Shown here: piece by piece, positions 26,532 to 35,010 of the stretch
Numbering within the stretch: the first letter of the stretch is position 1
Layout of the letters: each line of letters begins with the position of its first letter
Source: Candidatus Latescibacterota bacterium
GTDB taxonomy: Bacteria > Latescibacterota > UBA2968 > UBA8231
Direction of reading: 5' to 3'
Assembly (NCBI GenBank): GCA_965215195.1
Contig: CBDCDC010000002.1
Location: forward strand, 3,040,001-3,104,000
Length of the DNA: 64,000 bases
Notes under the pieces: generated by a model
Database searches by the model: none
What the model saw: the letters and a program-made list of their open reading frames with translations, nothing else
What the model was told of the DNA's origin: nothing
Position numbers and translations under genes: made by a program

Positions 26532-28337
26532 TTATTTCGAATCGACCTTTTCCTCGACGACCAGCACTTCATTTACCGGGACCTGTTCTAAGCGCTGTAT
26601 CAGACCACTGGGCCATCTCACCTCTACTAGATCAGCCCTTGTCTTAGAGCCCAGACCAAAGTGGAGCCGTGGATCGCTCGCCGTCAGGTAACTGGAACCG
26701 CTCCGCACCTGACGGATCTGTTCCAGCCCCTCCGCTACCACCCGCACCCTAGCTCCTATTCCGTCCCTGTTGCTGTGGGTTCCCACGGTCCGCACCATCA
26801 GCCAATTCTCCCGATTGCCGCTGTCGTTGCGGACCAGTTTGGCCTCCCCGCCGCAATTGGCCACCAAGACATCCACATCCCCGTCCTCGTCGTAATCTCC
26901 AAAGGCGGCACCACGGCTGATCTGCTTGTGCAAAAACCACTCGCCCGAGATCGAAGAGGTCTCCGTATAGGTCCCATTGCCGTCGTTGCGGAAGAGTTGG
27001 TGTTCCTGCATGTACTCGACCCCGGACTGAAACAGGGCGATTTTGTCCAGTACGTGTCCATTGGCCACGTACAGATCGAGGTCGCCATCGTTGTCGTAGT
27101 CGAGGAAGTTCGTCCCAAAGCCGAGGAAGCGGTGGCTCGGCTCGGCCAGCCCGGCCGCGGCCGTCACGTCCTTGAAGAAAACCCCTTCATTGCGGTAGAG
27201 GGTATTGGTCTCGTAGGAAAAATTGGCGACAAAGAGGTCAAAATCGCCGTCGTTGTCGCAATCCCCAAAATCCACCCCCATGCCGGCCTCTGACTCGCCG
27301 GCTTGGTTGTGGGCCACCCCTTTTGTTAAGGCCGCGTTGTCGAACGTTCCATCCCCTAGGTTGTGGTAGAGAAAATTCGGCGTCCCATCGTTGGCCACAA
27401 ACAAGTCCTGATCCCCGTCACTATCGTAGTCCAAGGCGACCACGCCCAACCCCTTGCCGGATGGATCATGGATCCCGGCTGCGACCGAGACATCGGCAAA
27501 GGTCCCATCCCCATTGTTGTGGTACAATACATCCGGCACTCCTCCGTACTCCAGCGGCGCGCAATACGAACGGGTAGCCTCGACAATGGCCCGGTAGCCT
27601 TGGGAATTCGTCCTTACATATCCGCCGCAGACCTTGTTGGTCTCAACGGTGAAATCCACGTAGTTAGTCACGTAGAGATCGAGCACCCCGTCGTTGTCGT
27701 AGTCGAGGAAAGCAGCGCTCGCACTCCACTGGGATGTGCCCACGGAGGCCCGCTCGGTAACATCGGCAAAGGTGCCGTCCCCATCGTTCTGGTACAGCAC
27801 GTTCGGCCCGTAGTTGGTCACGTAGAGATCCTGATCGCCGTCGTTGTCGTAGTCGGCTATCGCACATCCCATGCCATAGCCCGTATCGCCCGTGTTGGAC
27901 TCTTGGCCGGTATCGGCAAAGGTGCCGTCCCCATTGTTCCGGTACAGCACATTACCGGGCGGGACGCCGGAGTCGGGCCAAGGCGAAAGATCAACCGCGT
28001 AATGCGCCGCGTCCTTTGAACGCGCCCCCCCATCTTGGCTCGGCTTCCGCACCCAGTAGTGATCGCCCTGCTGGTACACGAGATTGATGGGAACTGAGCG
28101 GATGCCTTGCAGATCGAATCCATTCACCAAGTAAACATCCAAGTCGCCATCGTTGTCATAGTCGAAGAAGGCCCCGCCCGCTCCGGTCGTTTCTATCAAA
28201 AAGTACTCCCCGGCAGCGCCATTGGTGTGGGTAAAGGAAATCCCGGATTGTGCCGTGACATCCGCGAATTGCACTGTCTTAGAGCCTAAATCGCAGGCCA
28301 GCAGGCTCAGGCAAAAAATGAAGGCTATTTTTTGCAT
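26532..28337 (-). CDS. CRTAC1-like FG-GAP repeat lipoprotein with C-terminal ASPIC/UnbV domain
   Basis: Repeated DYDNDGDLDLYV.N and LY.N.GDGTF.DV motifs. C-terminal NRDGIGARV...GSSYLT.SD.RLHFGLG...EVRWPSG. True start MQKIAFIFCLSLLAC at 28337. Confidence 0.9.
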   Translation of the reverse strand: MQKIAFIFCLSLLACDLGSKTVQFADVTAQSGISFTHTNGAAGEYFLIETTGAGGAFFDYDNDGDLDVYLVNGFDLQGIRSVPINLVYQQGDHYWVRKPSQDGGARSKDAAHYAVDLSPWPDSGVPPGNVLYRNNGDGTFADTGQESNTGDTGYGMGCAIADYDNDGDQDLYVTNYGPNVLYQNDGDGTFADVTERASVGTSQWSASAAFLDYDNDGVLDLYVTNYVDFTVETNKVCGGYVRTNSQGYRAIVEATRSYCAPLEYGGVPDVLYHNNGDGTFADVSVAAGIHDPSGKGLGVVALDYDSDGDQDLFVANDGTPNFLYHNLGDGTFDNAALTKGVAHNQAGESEAGMGVDFGDCDNDGDFDLFVANFSYETNTLYRNEGVFFKDVTAAAGLAEPSHRFLGFGTNFLDYDNDGDLDLYVANGHVLDKIALFQSGVEYMQEHQLFRNDGNGTYTETSSISGEWFLHKQISRGAAFGDYDEDGDVDVLVANCGGEAKLVRNDSGNRENWLMVRTVGTHSNRDGIGARVRVVAEGLEQIRQVRSGSSYLTASDPRLHFGLGSKTRADLVEVRWPSGLIQRLEQVPVNEVLVVEEKVDSK

Positions 28338-28369
28338 GGAAAACTCCCGCCTGCCCTCGCGCTTCAGCC

Positions 28370-30307
28370 TCATCCCACGGTAAGGCGATTGCCCGACATG
28401 CCGTTCCAGAAATCGATAATCAGCCATAGCCCTGCCGAGGCAAACATCCCCAGCGTCATACCTAAGAAGAATGGACGCAGATGCCGATAGAGCTTGGCAC
28501 CGCCGTATTTGAGAATGAAAACCTTGAGGAGCCAAGCGATGAAGATGGAAAACCACACTTGGTAGATAGGTGCCGTCAGACCGAGAGCCATGCCCACTGG
28601 ATGGATGGGAAAACCGACAAAATGGCTTTTGATGTAGGTCATGCAGCCCATCAAGATGGCCCCGATCCCGGCAAACCCCAAGTGCCAGCCGTGTATCGGT
28701 TGGGGATTGTTGATGTTGCGGGTGATCCAGTCGCCGGCAAAGTGGGATAGGCCATTGAAGAACCACCCATCCAGATTGATTCCTCCATAGGTATAGGCTA
28801 GCGAGACGACGGACCAGATCGAGCCGATGAGGCTGGCGATGATGGCCGCCATGATCACCCAGAACAGACGGCGATATTCCAGACGCACGACCTCGGCTAT
28901 CTTCAGTCCGGTGGCAGCCGAAGCCATGACAAAAGTCCGGACGTCGGCCGCCCAGGCAAAGTTCAGACCGAGAATAGCCAGACCACCCGGTCCCACCACC
29001 GAGGAACCAAGGGCATTGACCGTCAAAACCGGGGCGGGCACCGGCGCCCGAGCATAGGCTAGGCCGGTCTGAGAAATGATGCGCGCTAGGCCGACGAAAA
29101 TCACGAGGGCCGAGATCAGGAAAATCAACGCGGGCAGCAGGTTTAGACCAGCGACTAAGAGCCAAGACAGCGCCAGCAGACTGCCGAGAAAAGTGCCGAA
29201 CACGGCCGTCCGATAGGAGAGCAATTCGGCACTATCATCGACGTGCCGATCGCCTCGGAACGCCTTGCGCAACACGTCCCTGAGATGCTGTCGGCCATTC
29301 CAGAAACTCGCGCCGACGAGGAAAAACAGAGCCCCTAGGGCCAGATGTGCAACGCTGGGAGTTCCCGGATCGGAAAAAGGCTGGATAGGCCCGATGCTCC
29401 AGCCCATCATTTGCTCGATGCCCGTCTGCAGATGGGCCAGAAAGGCGAAGAACCACACCCCGAAGGAGACGTCCAGACTGAGCAGATAGGAAAGACCGAT
29501 CACCTCAAACCGCGGCGTGAAATTGAGACTGACGGAATCGCGCAGAATAGACAGAGAAACATTTAGGTTGATCCGCGGGATGAAATTGAAGTAGGCATGC
29601 AGGGCATTGACGCTGTTGATCGCGGCGGGGATCAGGAAACCGATCCACATCAACGGATTGCGCAGAAAGGCCGGTAGCCACTTGTCCTCCTGCGGAGTGC
29701 TCATCTCTAAGGGGAGAATGGCCAGCGGAAACAGCAGCCGCTCGTGCTCAACCCACTGCTTGCGCAAGATGACCAGCAGACAGAGGGTGACGAAGTAGAT
29801 GGTGGTACTGAACAGGGACCAAGCCAGCAGCGATGTGCTCCACGCTTCCCACGGCACCCCCTCGCCGCGTGCGCTTCCCTCAAAGAGTTTCCACAGGGCC
29901 TCGCGATCTGTGGGGACCAACCATTCGGGCAGATGCGGCACGATTGCCGAGGCCCAATCATTTTCAGGGGTAGCGTAATAGAAGAAACCTCCTAGCAGGG
30001 GAATCAGGTTCATGGTGAGTCCCCAAGAAGGGATGGCCGAGGCCACGATCATCATGATGTACACGGTAGCCAGTTCGCCACTCCGCAACTGGGAACCGGT
30101 CAACAGCCTGGCAGTGGGGTTGATCAACAGGGTGAGCAGGAGAAAGAGGCAGAGGGCCGCCCCGGTGGAGAAGTCGGCAGCCAGCGCGGATCCCCTCAGA
30201 AAGAGTACGCCATAGGGTTCGCCCGCGGCGATCACCAAGCAGAAAACCAGTCCCACTAGGAATGCTCTTAGCGAGACCGAATGAGGCGCGTGTGTGGCGC
30301 GATCCAT
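28370..30307 (-). CDS. Polytopic inner-membrane protein, DUF6785/DUF6784-like (putative permease)
   Basis: Paralog of 24445..26430: ELATVYIMM, YYATPENDW, KQWVEHERL.FPL, LSYLLSLDVSFGVW, FPIHPVG, KYGG..LY..LRPFFLG. Confidence 0.8.
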   Translation of the reverse strand: MDRATHAPHSVSLRAFLVGLVFCLVIAAGEPYGVLFLRGSALAADFSTGAALCLFLLLTLLINPTARLLTGSQLRSGELATVYIMMIVASAIPSWGLTMNLIPLLGGFFYYATPENDWASAIVPHLPEWLVPTDREALWKLFEGSARGEGVPWEAWSTSLLAWSLFSTTIYFVTLCLLVILRKQWVEHERLLFPLAILPLEMSTPQEDKWLPAFLRNPLMWIGFLIPAAINSVNALHAYFNFIPRINLNVSLSILRDSVSLNFTPRFEVIGLSYLLSLDVSFGVWFFAFLAHLQTGIEQMMGWSIGPIQPFSDPGTPSVAHLALGALFFLVGASFWNGRQHLRDVLRKAFRGDRHVDDSAELLSYRTAVFGTFLGSLLALSWLLVAGLNLLPALIFLISALVIFVGLARIISQTGLAYARAPVPAPVLTVNALGSSVVGPGGLAILGLNFAWAADVRTFVMASAATGLKIAEVVRLEYRRLFWVIMAAIIASLIGSIWSVVSLAYTYGGINLDGWFFNGLSHFAGDWITRNINNPQPIHGWHLGFAGIGAILMGCMTYIKSHFVGFPIHPVGMALGLTAPIYQVWFSIFIAWLLKVFILKYGGAKLYRHLRPFFLGMTLGMFASAGLWLIIDFWNGMSGNRLTVG

Positions 30308-30487
30308 GCTGCATCCTCTTCGTCTGTGTTATACCCAGATAGGTAGCACTACGCATCAGAGCCTAGAGAAGTTATCTCATAAACGTCTAAGTACGTCATA
30401 ACCCTTGTGGTCGCCCGTCGTTTAGACAAGCGTAGAGGCTGCCCTATGGGGTTGGTGGCATGTATGAGGCTTCTAAAGACTAGACGT

Positions 30488-32023
30488 TCAAGGCGCGCTT
30501 GCCGGCTGCGGTTCGGCGTATCGCTGGAAGAGCCGTAGCTGCTGGGCCGCCCGGACCGTATCGCCTAGCGCACTATATGCCATCGCCAAGCCGTAGTGCC
30601 CGCTGGTCAGGGTGGAATCCAGCCGCAGTGCCTCCTCGAAGCGTCTGACCGCCGCACGAGGCTCCCCTTCGCGCAGATGCGCATTTCCTAGGCCGCTGTA
30701 GGCATCGGCAGCATCAGGTGCCAAGGCGAGGGCCTGTTGAAATGAGCCGCGTGCCGCCGCTGTCTCTCCCGCTACTAGCTGCGCGGTTCCCAGATTGGTC
30801 CAAGCCTGGGCGTACCCATCCTCTAGGTCCACTGCTCGCCGATAGGCCTGAATCGCCTCCTCCAGCCGGCCGAGACGGAAGTAGGCGCTGCCGAGGTTGT
30901 GCCAGGCCTCGGCGTGGCTTGGCGCAACGGCGAGTGCCTTTTCGTACTGCGCGGCCGCCCGCGCCGGCAGACCGAGTTGCGCGAGGATCGTGCCCAGGCC
31001 GATCAGGGCATTGACGTTGTGTGCATCGCTGGCCAGCAGGGAGCGGTAGTGCCGGATCGGATCGAAGTACATATTGATGCGCTCGAAAGTCTCCCTCTTC
31101 CGCTTCGCCTCGGTGGCCCGGCCCTGTCTCGTGAAGAGCAGGGAGAGCTGGTAGTGAGCCTCCGGGAAGACCGGGTTCAACTCGATGGCGCGCTGCAAAG
31201 CCGCCTCGGACGCCGCCCACTGGCCGAGTTGCGCCTGCGCTGTCCCGAGGCCGACGTGGGCCTCGACCGCGGCCGAATCGAGGCGCAAGGCCCGCTGAAA
31301 GGCCGCCACCGCTTGGCCGGTGCGTCCAAGCTGCAGCTCGGCACGACCGAGACCCGTGTGCAGCAGGGGCTCGGCGGGTGCGCGTTCCAGCCCCTGCTGT
31401 AGAAGTCGGACCCCTTCCTCACAGTCTCCGAGCTTGGCGCAGTATATCCGGCCGAGGGAGACGTAAGGCAGGACGTACTCCTCGTCCAGCTCGATCGCCT
31501 CGCGCATCTGACGCACGGCCTCTTCGTAGGCCCTCTCTTTGGAGTAGGCCACTCCGAGATTGTAGCGGGACGGTGCGTGCCCGGGCATTAGTTCGACGGC
31601 ACGGCCATACGACCGGCGCGCTTCTGCGTATCGCTGTTGGCGCAGAGCGATTAGTCCCAGCCCGCGGTGAGCGACCACATCGTCGGCATTGAGAGAGAGG
31701 GCCCGGCCGAAGGCCGCTACCGCCCTATCCTCTTGGCCAAAGAGGGACAGTACTTGGCCGGTGCCAGACCACGACCCGGCGTGACGCGAATCCGCGTGCA
31801 GAACGCGATCGAAGCAAGCCAGCGCTTCGCGATGGGCCCCGGCCTCCAGCGCCGCCACACCCAACTCGTAGCGAGCATCGAGATCGTCCGGGTCGTTCTC
31901 GACGGCCTGCCGGCTGGCAGTTAGACGGGCCGCGGGGTCGGCCGGTGCTGTTTCGCATCCGAGTCCGGCCAGCAGGGCCAAGATCCCTGCCACGCGGCAA
32001 ACGACTATCGGGAAGGATGACAT
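30488..32023 (-). CDS. Tetratricopeptide-repeat lipoprotein
   Basis: Lipobox AGLGC and more than ten TPR units (AWHNLGSAYFRLGRLEEAIQAYRRAV). Probable start MSSFPIV at 32023. Confidence 0.85.
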   Translation of the reverse strand: MSSFPIVVCRVAGILALLAGLGCETAPADPAARLTASRQAVENDPDDLDARYELGVAALEAGAHREALACFDRVLHADSRHAGSWSGTGQVLSLFGQEDRAVAAFGRALSLNADDVVAHRGLGLIALRQQRYAEARRSYGRAVELMPGHAPSRYNLGVAYSKERAYEEAVRQMREAIELDEEYVLPYVSLGRIYCAKLGDCEEGVRLLQQGLERAPAEPLLHTGLGRAELQLGRTGQAVAAFQRALRLDSAAVEAHVGLGTAQAQLGQWAASEAALQRAIELNPVFPEAHYQLSLLFTRQGRATEAKRKRETFERINMYFDPIRHYRSLLASDAHNVNALIGLGTILAQLGLPARAAAQYEKALAVAPSHAEAWHNLGSAYFRLGRLEEAIQAYRRAVDLEDGYAQAWTNLGTAQLVAGETAAARGSFQQALALAPDAADAYSGLGNAHLREGEPRAAVRRFEEALRLDSTLTSGHYGLAMAYSALGDTVRAAQQLRLFQRYAEPQPASAP

Positions 32024-32107
32024 GGAGACCTTAGTACGCAACCTTAGTACACGACCCCTAAAGTAGGCGCCCCTTACTTTGAGTACGCCTTTTCTGCTGT
32101 TACCGAT

Positions 32108-32213
32108 GGGTCCGGGATCGAGGGCACCAGTTCCCAAGCACGGGCTTGAGCCTGCTCTCGGGTCCGGGATCGAGGGCGTCCCGCCCTCGCCGAGGGCAAG
32201 ATGCCCTCGATCC
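32108..32213. repeat. REP-like palindromic doublet with a partial upstream copy
   Basis: GGATCGAGGGCGTCCCGCCCTCG (32167-32189) is inverted relative to CGAGGGCAAGATGCCCTCGATCC (32191-32213). An 18-bp direct repeat GGGTCCGGGATCGAGGGC lies at 32108 and 32160. Confidence 0.6.
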
Positions 32214-32347
32214 TTGGCCGGCTGAGGGCTGGTGGCGTGTAGTAAGGTAGGCGACACTAAGATCGCCGCCGGGTGCGCGGGCAGCCGGCCCGCCAACTCG
32301 GCCGGGTGCGCGGACGGAACGGGGCTCCAGTGCGGCGGCATGCACTT

Positions 32348-35005
32348 TCACTCTTGGAGGCCGGCAATCATCCGCAGAAAAATCACCGTATTCGACTCGG
32401 ACTCGTCGCGGAAATTGCGCCGTTCCCAGCGGCAGCCAAAATTCGCCGTGAGTTGGTATCCGAGGTAGGCAGATGCGTTCGTAAACTGCGCTGCCAGCAC
32501 AAACTGCTCGAAGTCATCGAGATAGCCCACCGGTACTGGGTCCGGCCGCGACCTGAGATTGCGGAAAATCTCGTACTCGAGGCCGGACTCGAGCCAGAGC
32601 GTATTCGTAAGCTCGTTCTGGCTCACGAGGAAGAAGATATGTGACAGCTCCTGCGTTTTGAGCTGATCGCGCTGGGCGGGCGTCTGGCGCATGTAGAGCT
32701 GTTTCCACTTGGGCTGAATTTTCCACAGCGGACCTAGGTCGATATTGTAGTCGGCCTTCGCGACCAGACCGAGCAGATGCTGATCCCGATTAATTTCCCC
32801 CTGATCCCCACGCTGATGGTAGATCTCGTGCTTCAGCTTCGCGTGTAAGTTTAGCGGTGCCCAACGCAGGTAGTCGGCCTGTAGATAGGCCGTGTTGATC
32901 AAGGCATCCTGAGCGATCAACGGGTCGAGAACATCCTCCATCCCGCCGCCGGACAGAGGGGGCTGGATCCACATGATTACGTCGTCGGGGATGTTGTCTT
33001 GGACGCTCCGCAGAAAATCGAAGGACTGGAGCTCCAAGCCGTGATTCGGATAGTCCGCTGCATAGGTCAGCATGCCATAGGTTGCCTTGCTGCGTCGGTT
33101 ACTGCCCAACTGGTCCTCTTGGAAACGACCGATCATTACGCGGCTGCCCGGCGCGATCTCGACGCCGACGTACATATTGTAGCCCTCGTGATCCCGCTTA
33201 TAGGGAAAGTCGGGCTCGCGGTCGTTCTCAAACCGGTCGATGATCGCGTTGTTGTTCATATCCGTGCCAAACAAGAACTCCAACGGATCTACCCGGTAGC
33301 GAATGAAGGGCTCCACGTAGTCGGGCTGGGAGTTGTCGTTCTGGTTGAAATCGGACACGAGATCGTTGTTCTCGTCGTAGCCGGGAAAGACTTCGCGGTC
33401 GGCGACCTGCAGATCCGTATCGGTGCTGCCGCCCCCGGTGTATCGCCGTTTCCAATCGGGGTAGCGGTCTTGGTCGTCGTTGTCGTCGACGAATTCGTAC
33501 AAGTAAATGAGATCGTTTTCGTAGTTTACGACGCCGCGACCATCGGGGATGAACATGCTCGTGTTGTAGTCGGGGTCCATGCTAAAGACTTCGCCATAGG
33601 CGAACCACGGATACCGCATCTGCGAAGCCGTCACGTAGTAGGCCTGAGCCTGATTTTCGGCCAGTTGCTGATTGCGAATGATGCCCTGATTCGGGAATCT
33701 GCGATACCGGCGGTTGAGATCGAACTCGCCTCGCAGATTAAATCCGGCTAGGTCCGATATCTCGAAAGTCATCCCGAGGATCTCGTTTGCGGTCGGCAGT
33801 CCATAGTCGAAGCGCAAGACTCGCTGGTTCGATCCGTCCCGGATGTTGCCAGCGGCCTTCGCTTGGGGCAGGAATACCGGCTCGCCGGTGTTGTTTGTCT
33901 GCAGGTTTGACGTCATCTCCACGAAGTAATCGTTGGCCACGACCAACTCGATCTCAATTCGGCGGATCTCTTGGAGATCCTTGATCGAGTCCTCAAGGGT
34001 CGGGAAGAAGTCGCGCTCGATGTCGTATGTCAGCAGAACGACATCGCCACCGCTGGCCTCGATGAGTCCCCGCCGTTGTACGCCGCCGTCGACGAGGGGC
34101 TTGATCTCTGGATGCTCGACGCCGTCGATGAAAATTCGCTCGCGGTACAGAAGGGTACCACCGACTCCGTCCTCGGGTGAGTCATCGGACAGACGCACGA
34201 CGAGACGGCGGACATTTCCCGTATTCAGACGACCTGAAAGCGTCCCCTTTAGCGAATTCTGTGCCACATTGAGGTTGCTGTTCCAGTGCCCGGCGTTCAC
34301 GTAAGTACCACCTAGCTTGAGGAAGTCCCCCATCTGCATGACACCACGCCAGCCGAGCAGATTGGTGAATACCGTCGTCGACGAGGGCGGATTGTCGCGC
34401 GAGACCGCCACGGGCGCTGGATTGTTGGCACGAGAAGCCAGCAGGGTCATCTGGTACTTGTCCGTTGCCAAATCCCACTGGACACCGTCGAAGAGAGGCT
34501 TTGAGAACGTCATCGGGGTCAGGGTGGTCCGTATCAACTCACCTACCATGAGAGACGAATGGAACTGCCCGTGAGAGGTGGATGAGACCACGAGACGGTT
34601 GAACCAAGAGCCAAACTCTGGTGCCTTGAACACGCGGCTTCCGAGTTCCGTAGGTTGCTCTTGGCCCCACTCGTAGATCCGCCAGCCCCGGGTAATGTAG
34701 TTGCCGTAGATATCGTAGTAGCGATCTCCTTCGAGTTCGGTATCCACGTAGCGGCTGTACTGGCGGCGCGCGTAGTTGGTGTACTCCCAGTTCTTCCACC
34801 CATACATCTGGTAGAGGGTCTGGGGCAGATACCACTTCCGCAGCGCCGGGGCGATCGTCTCCGAAGAGATGCGCGGCCCGGACGTGACATAGGGGTTGAA
34901 AAAACCTGCCGCTAAGTCAGCGGCAACTCGCCCCTGCAGCACTAATAACGCCAAAGCGGCTGCAATGACCGTCGCCCGAGTTTTTCTATTTATACCCATG
35001 ACCAC
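32348..35005 (-). CDS. Large exported protein with Asp-rich Ca-binding-like repeats and probable C-terminal beta-barrel (class B, module B)
   Basis: 885 aa with signal peptide. Shares NYAR..Y.RYVD..LEG.R.YD.YG.Y.T.GW.IYEW.QE, IRTTLTPMTFSKP, DDSPEDG.GG, FDYGLPT.NEI.G and YEFVDDNDDQDR.PDW with 14997..17606. Confidence 0.75.
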   Translation of the reverse strand: MVMGINRKTRATVIAAALALLVLQGRVAADLAAGFFNPYVTSGPRISSETIAPALRKWYLPQTLYQMYGWKNWEYTNYARRQYSRYVDTELEGDRYYDIYGNYITRGWRIYEWGQEQPTELGSRVFKAPEFGSWFNRLVVSSTSHGQFHSSLMVGELIRTTLTPMTFSKPLFDGVQWDLATDKYQMTLLASRANNPAPVAVSRDNPPSSTTVFTNLLGWRGVMQMGDFLKLGGTYVNAGHWNSNLNVAQNSLKGTLSGRLNTGNVRRLVVRLSDDSPEDGVGGTLLYRERIFIDGVEHPEIKPLVDGGVQRRGLIEASGGDVVLLTYDIERDFFPTLEDSIKDLQEIRRIEIELVVANDYFVEMTSNLQTNNTGEPVFLPQAKAAGNIRDGSNQRVLRFDYGLPTANEILGMTFEISDLAGFNLRGEFDLNRRYRRFPNQGIIRNQQLAENQAQAYYVTASQMRYPWFAYGEVFSMDPDYNTSMFIPDGRGVVNYENDLIYLYEFVDDNDDQDRYPDWKRRYTGGGSTDTDLQVADREVFPGYDENNDLVSDFNQNDNSQPDYVEPFIRYRVDPLEFLFGTDMNNNAIIDRFENDREPDFPYKRDHEGYNMYVGVEIAPGSRVMIGRFQEDQLGSNRRSKATYGMLTYAADYPNHGLELQSFDFLRSVQDNIPDDVIMWIQPPLSGGGMEDVLDPLIAQDALINTAYLQADYLRWAPLNLHAKLKHEIYHQRGDQGEINRDQHLLGLVAKADYNIDLGPLWKIQPKWKQLYMRQTPAQRDQLKTQELSHIFFLVSQNELTNTLWLESGLEYEIFRNLRSRPDPVPVGYLDDFEQFVLAAQFTNASAYLGYQLTANFGCRWERRNFRDESESNTVIFLRMIAGLQE

Positions 35006-35010
35006 CTCTC

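Noticed and set aside
26900-28200. Recurring GTCGTTGTCGTAGTC-like DNA repeats, CRISPR-like at first glance
   Set aside because: They encode the DYDNDGD FG-GAP repeats, are degenerate and irregularly spaced, and no cas genes are present.
28338-29165. N-terminal extension making the ASPIC/UnbV ORF 877 aa
   Set aside because: Overlaps the permease gene in another frame; a signal peptide and RBS mark the start at 28337.
32024-32341. N-terminal extension of the TPR ORF
   Set aside because: Pro/Ala-rich translation across a REP-like intergenic region; the lipoprotein signal begins at 32023.
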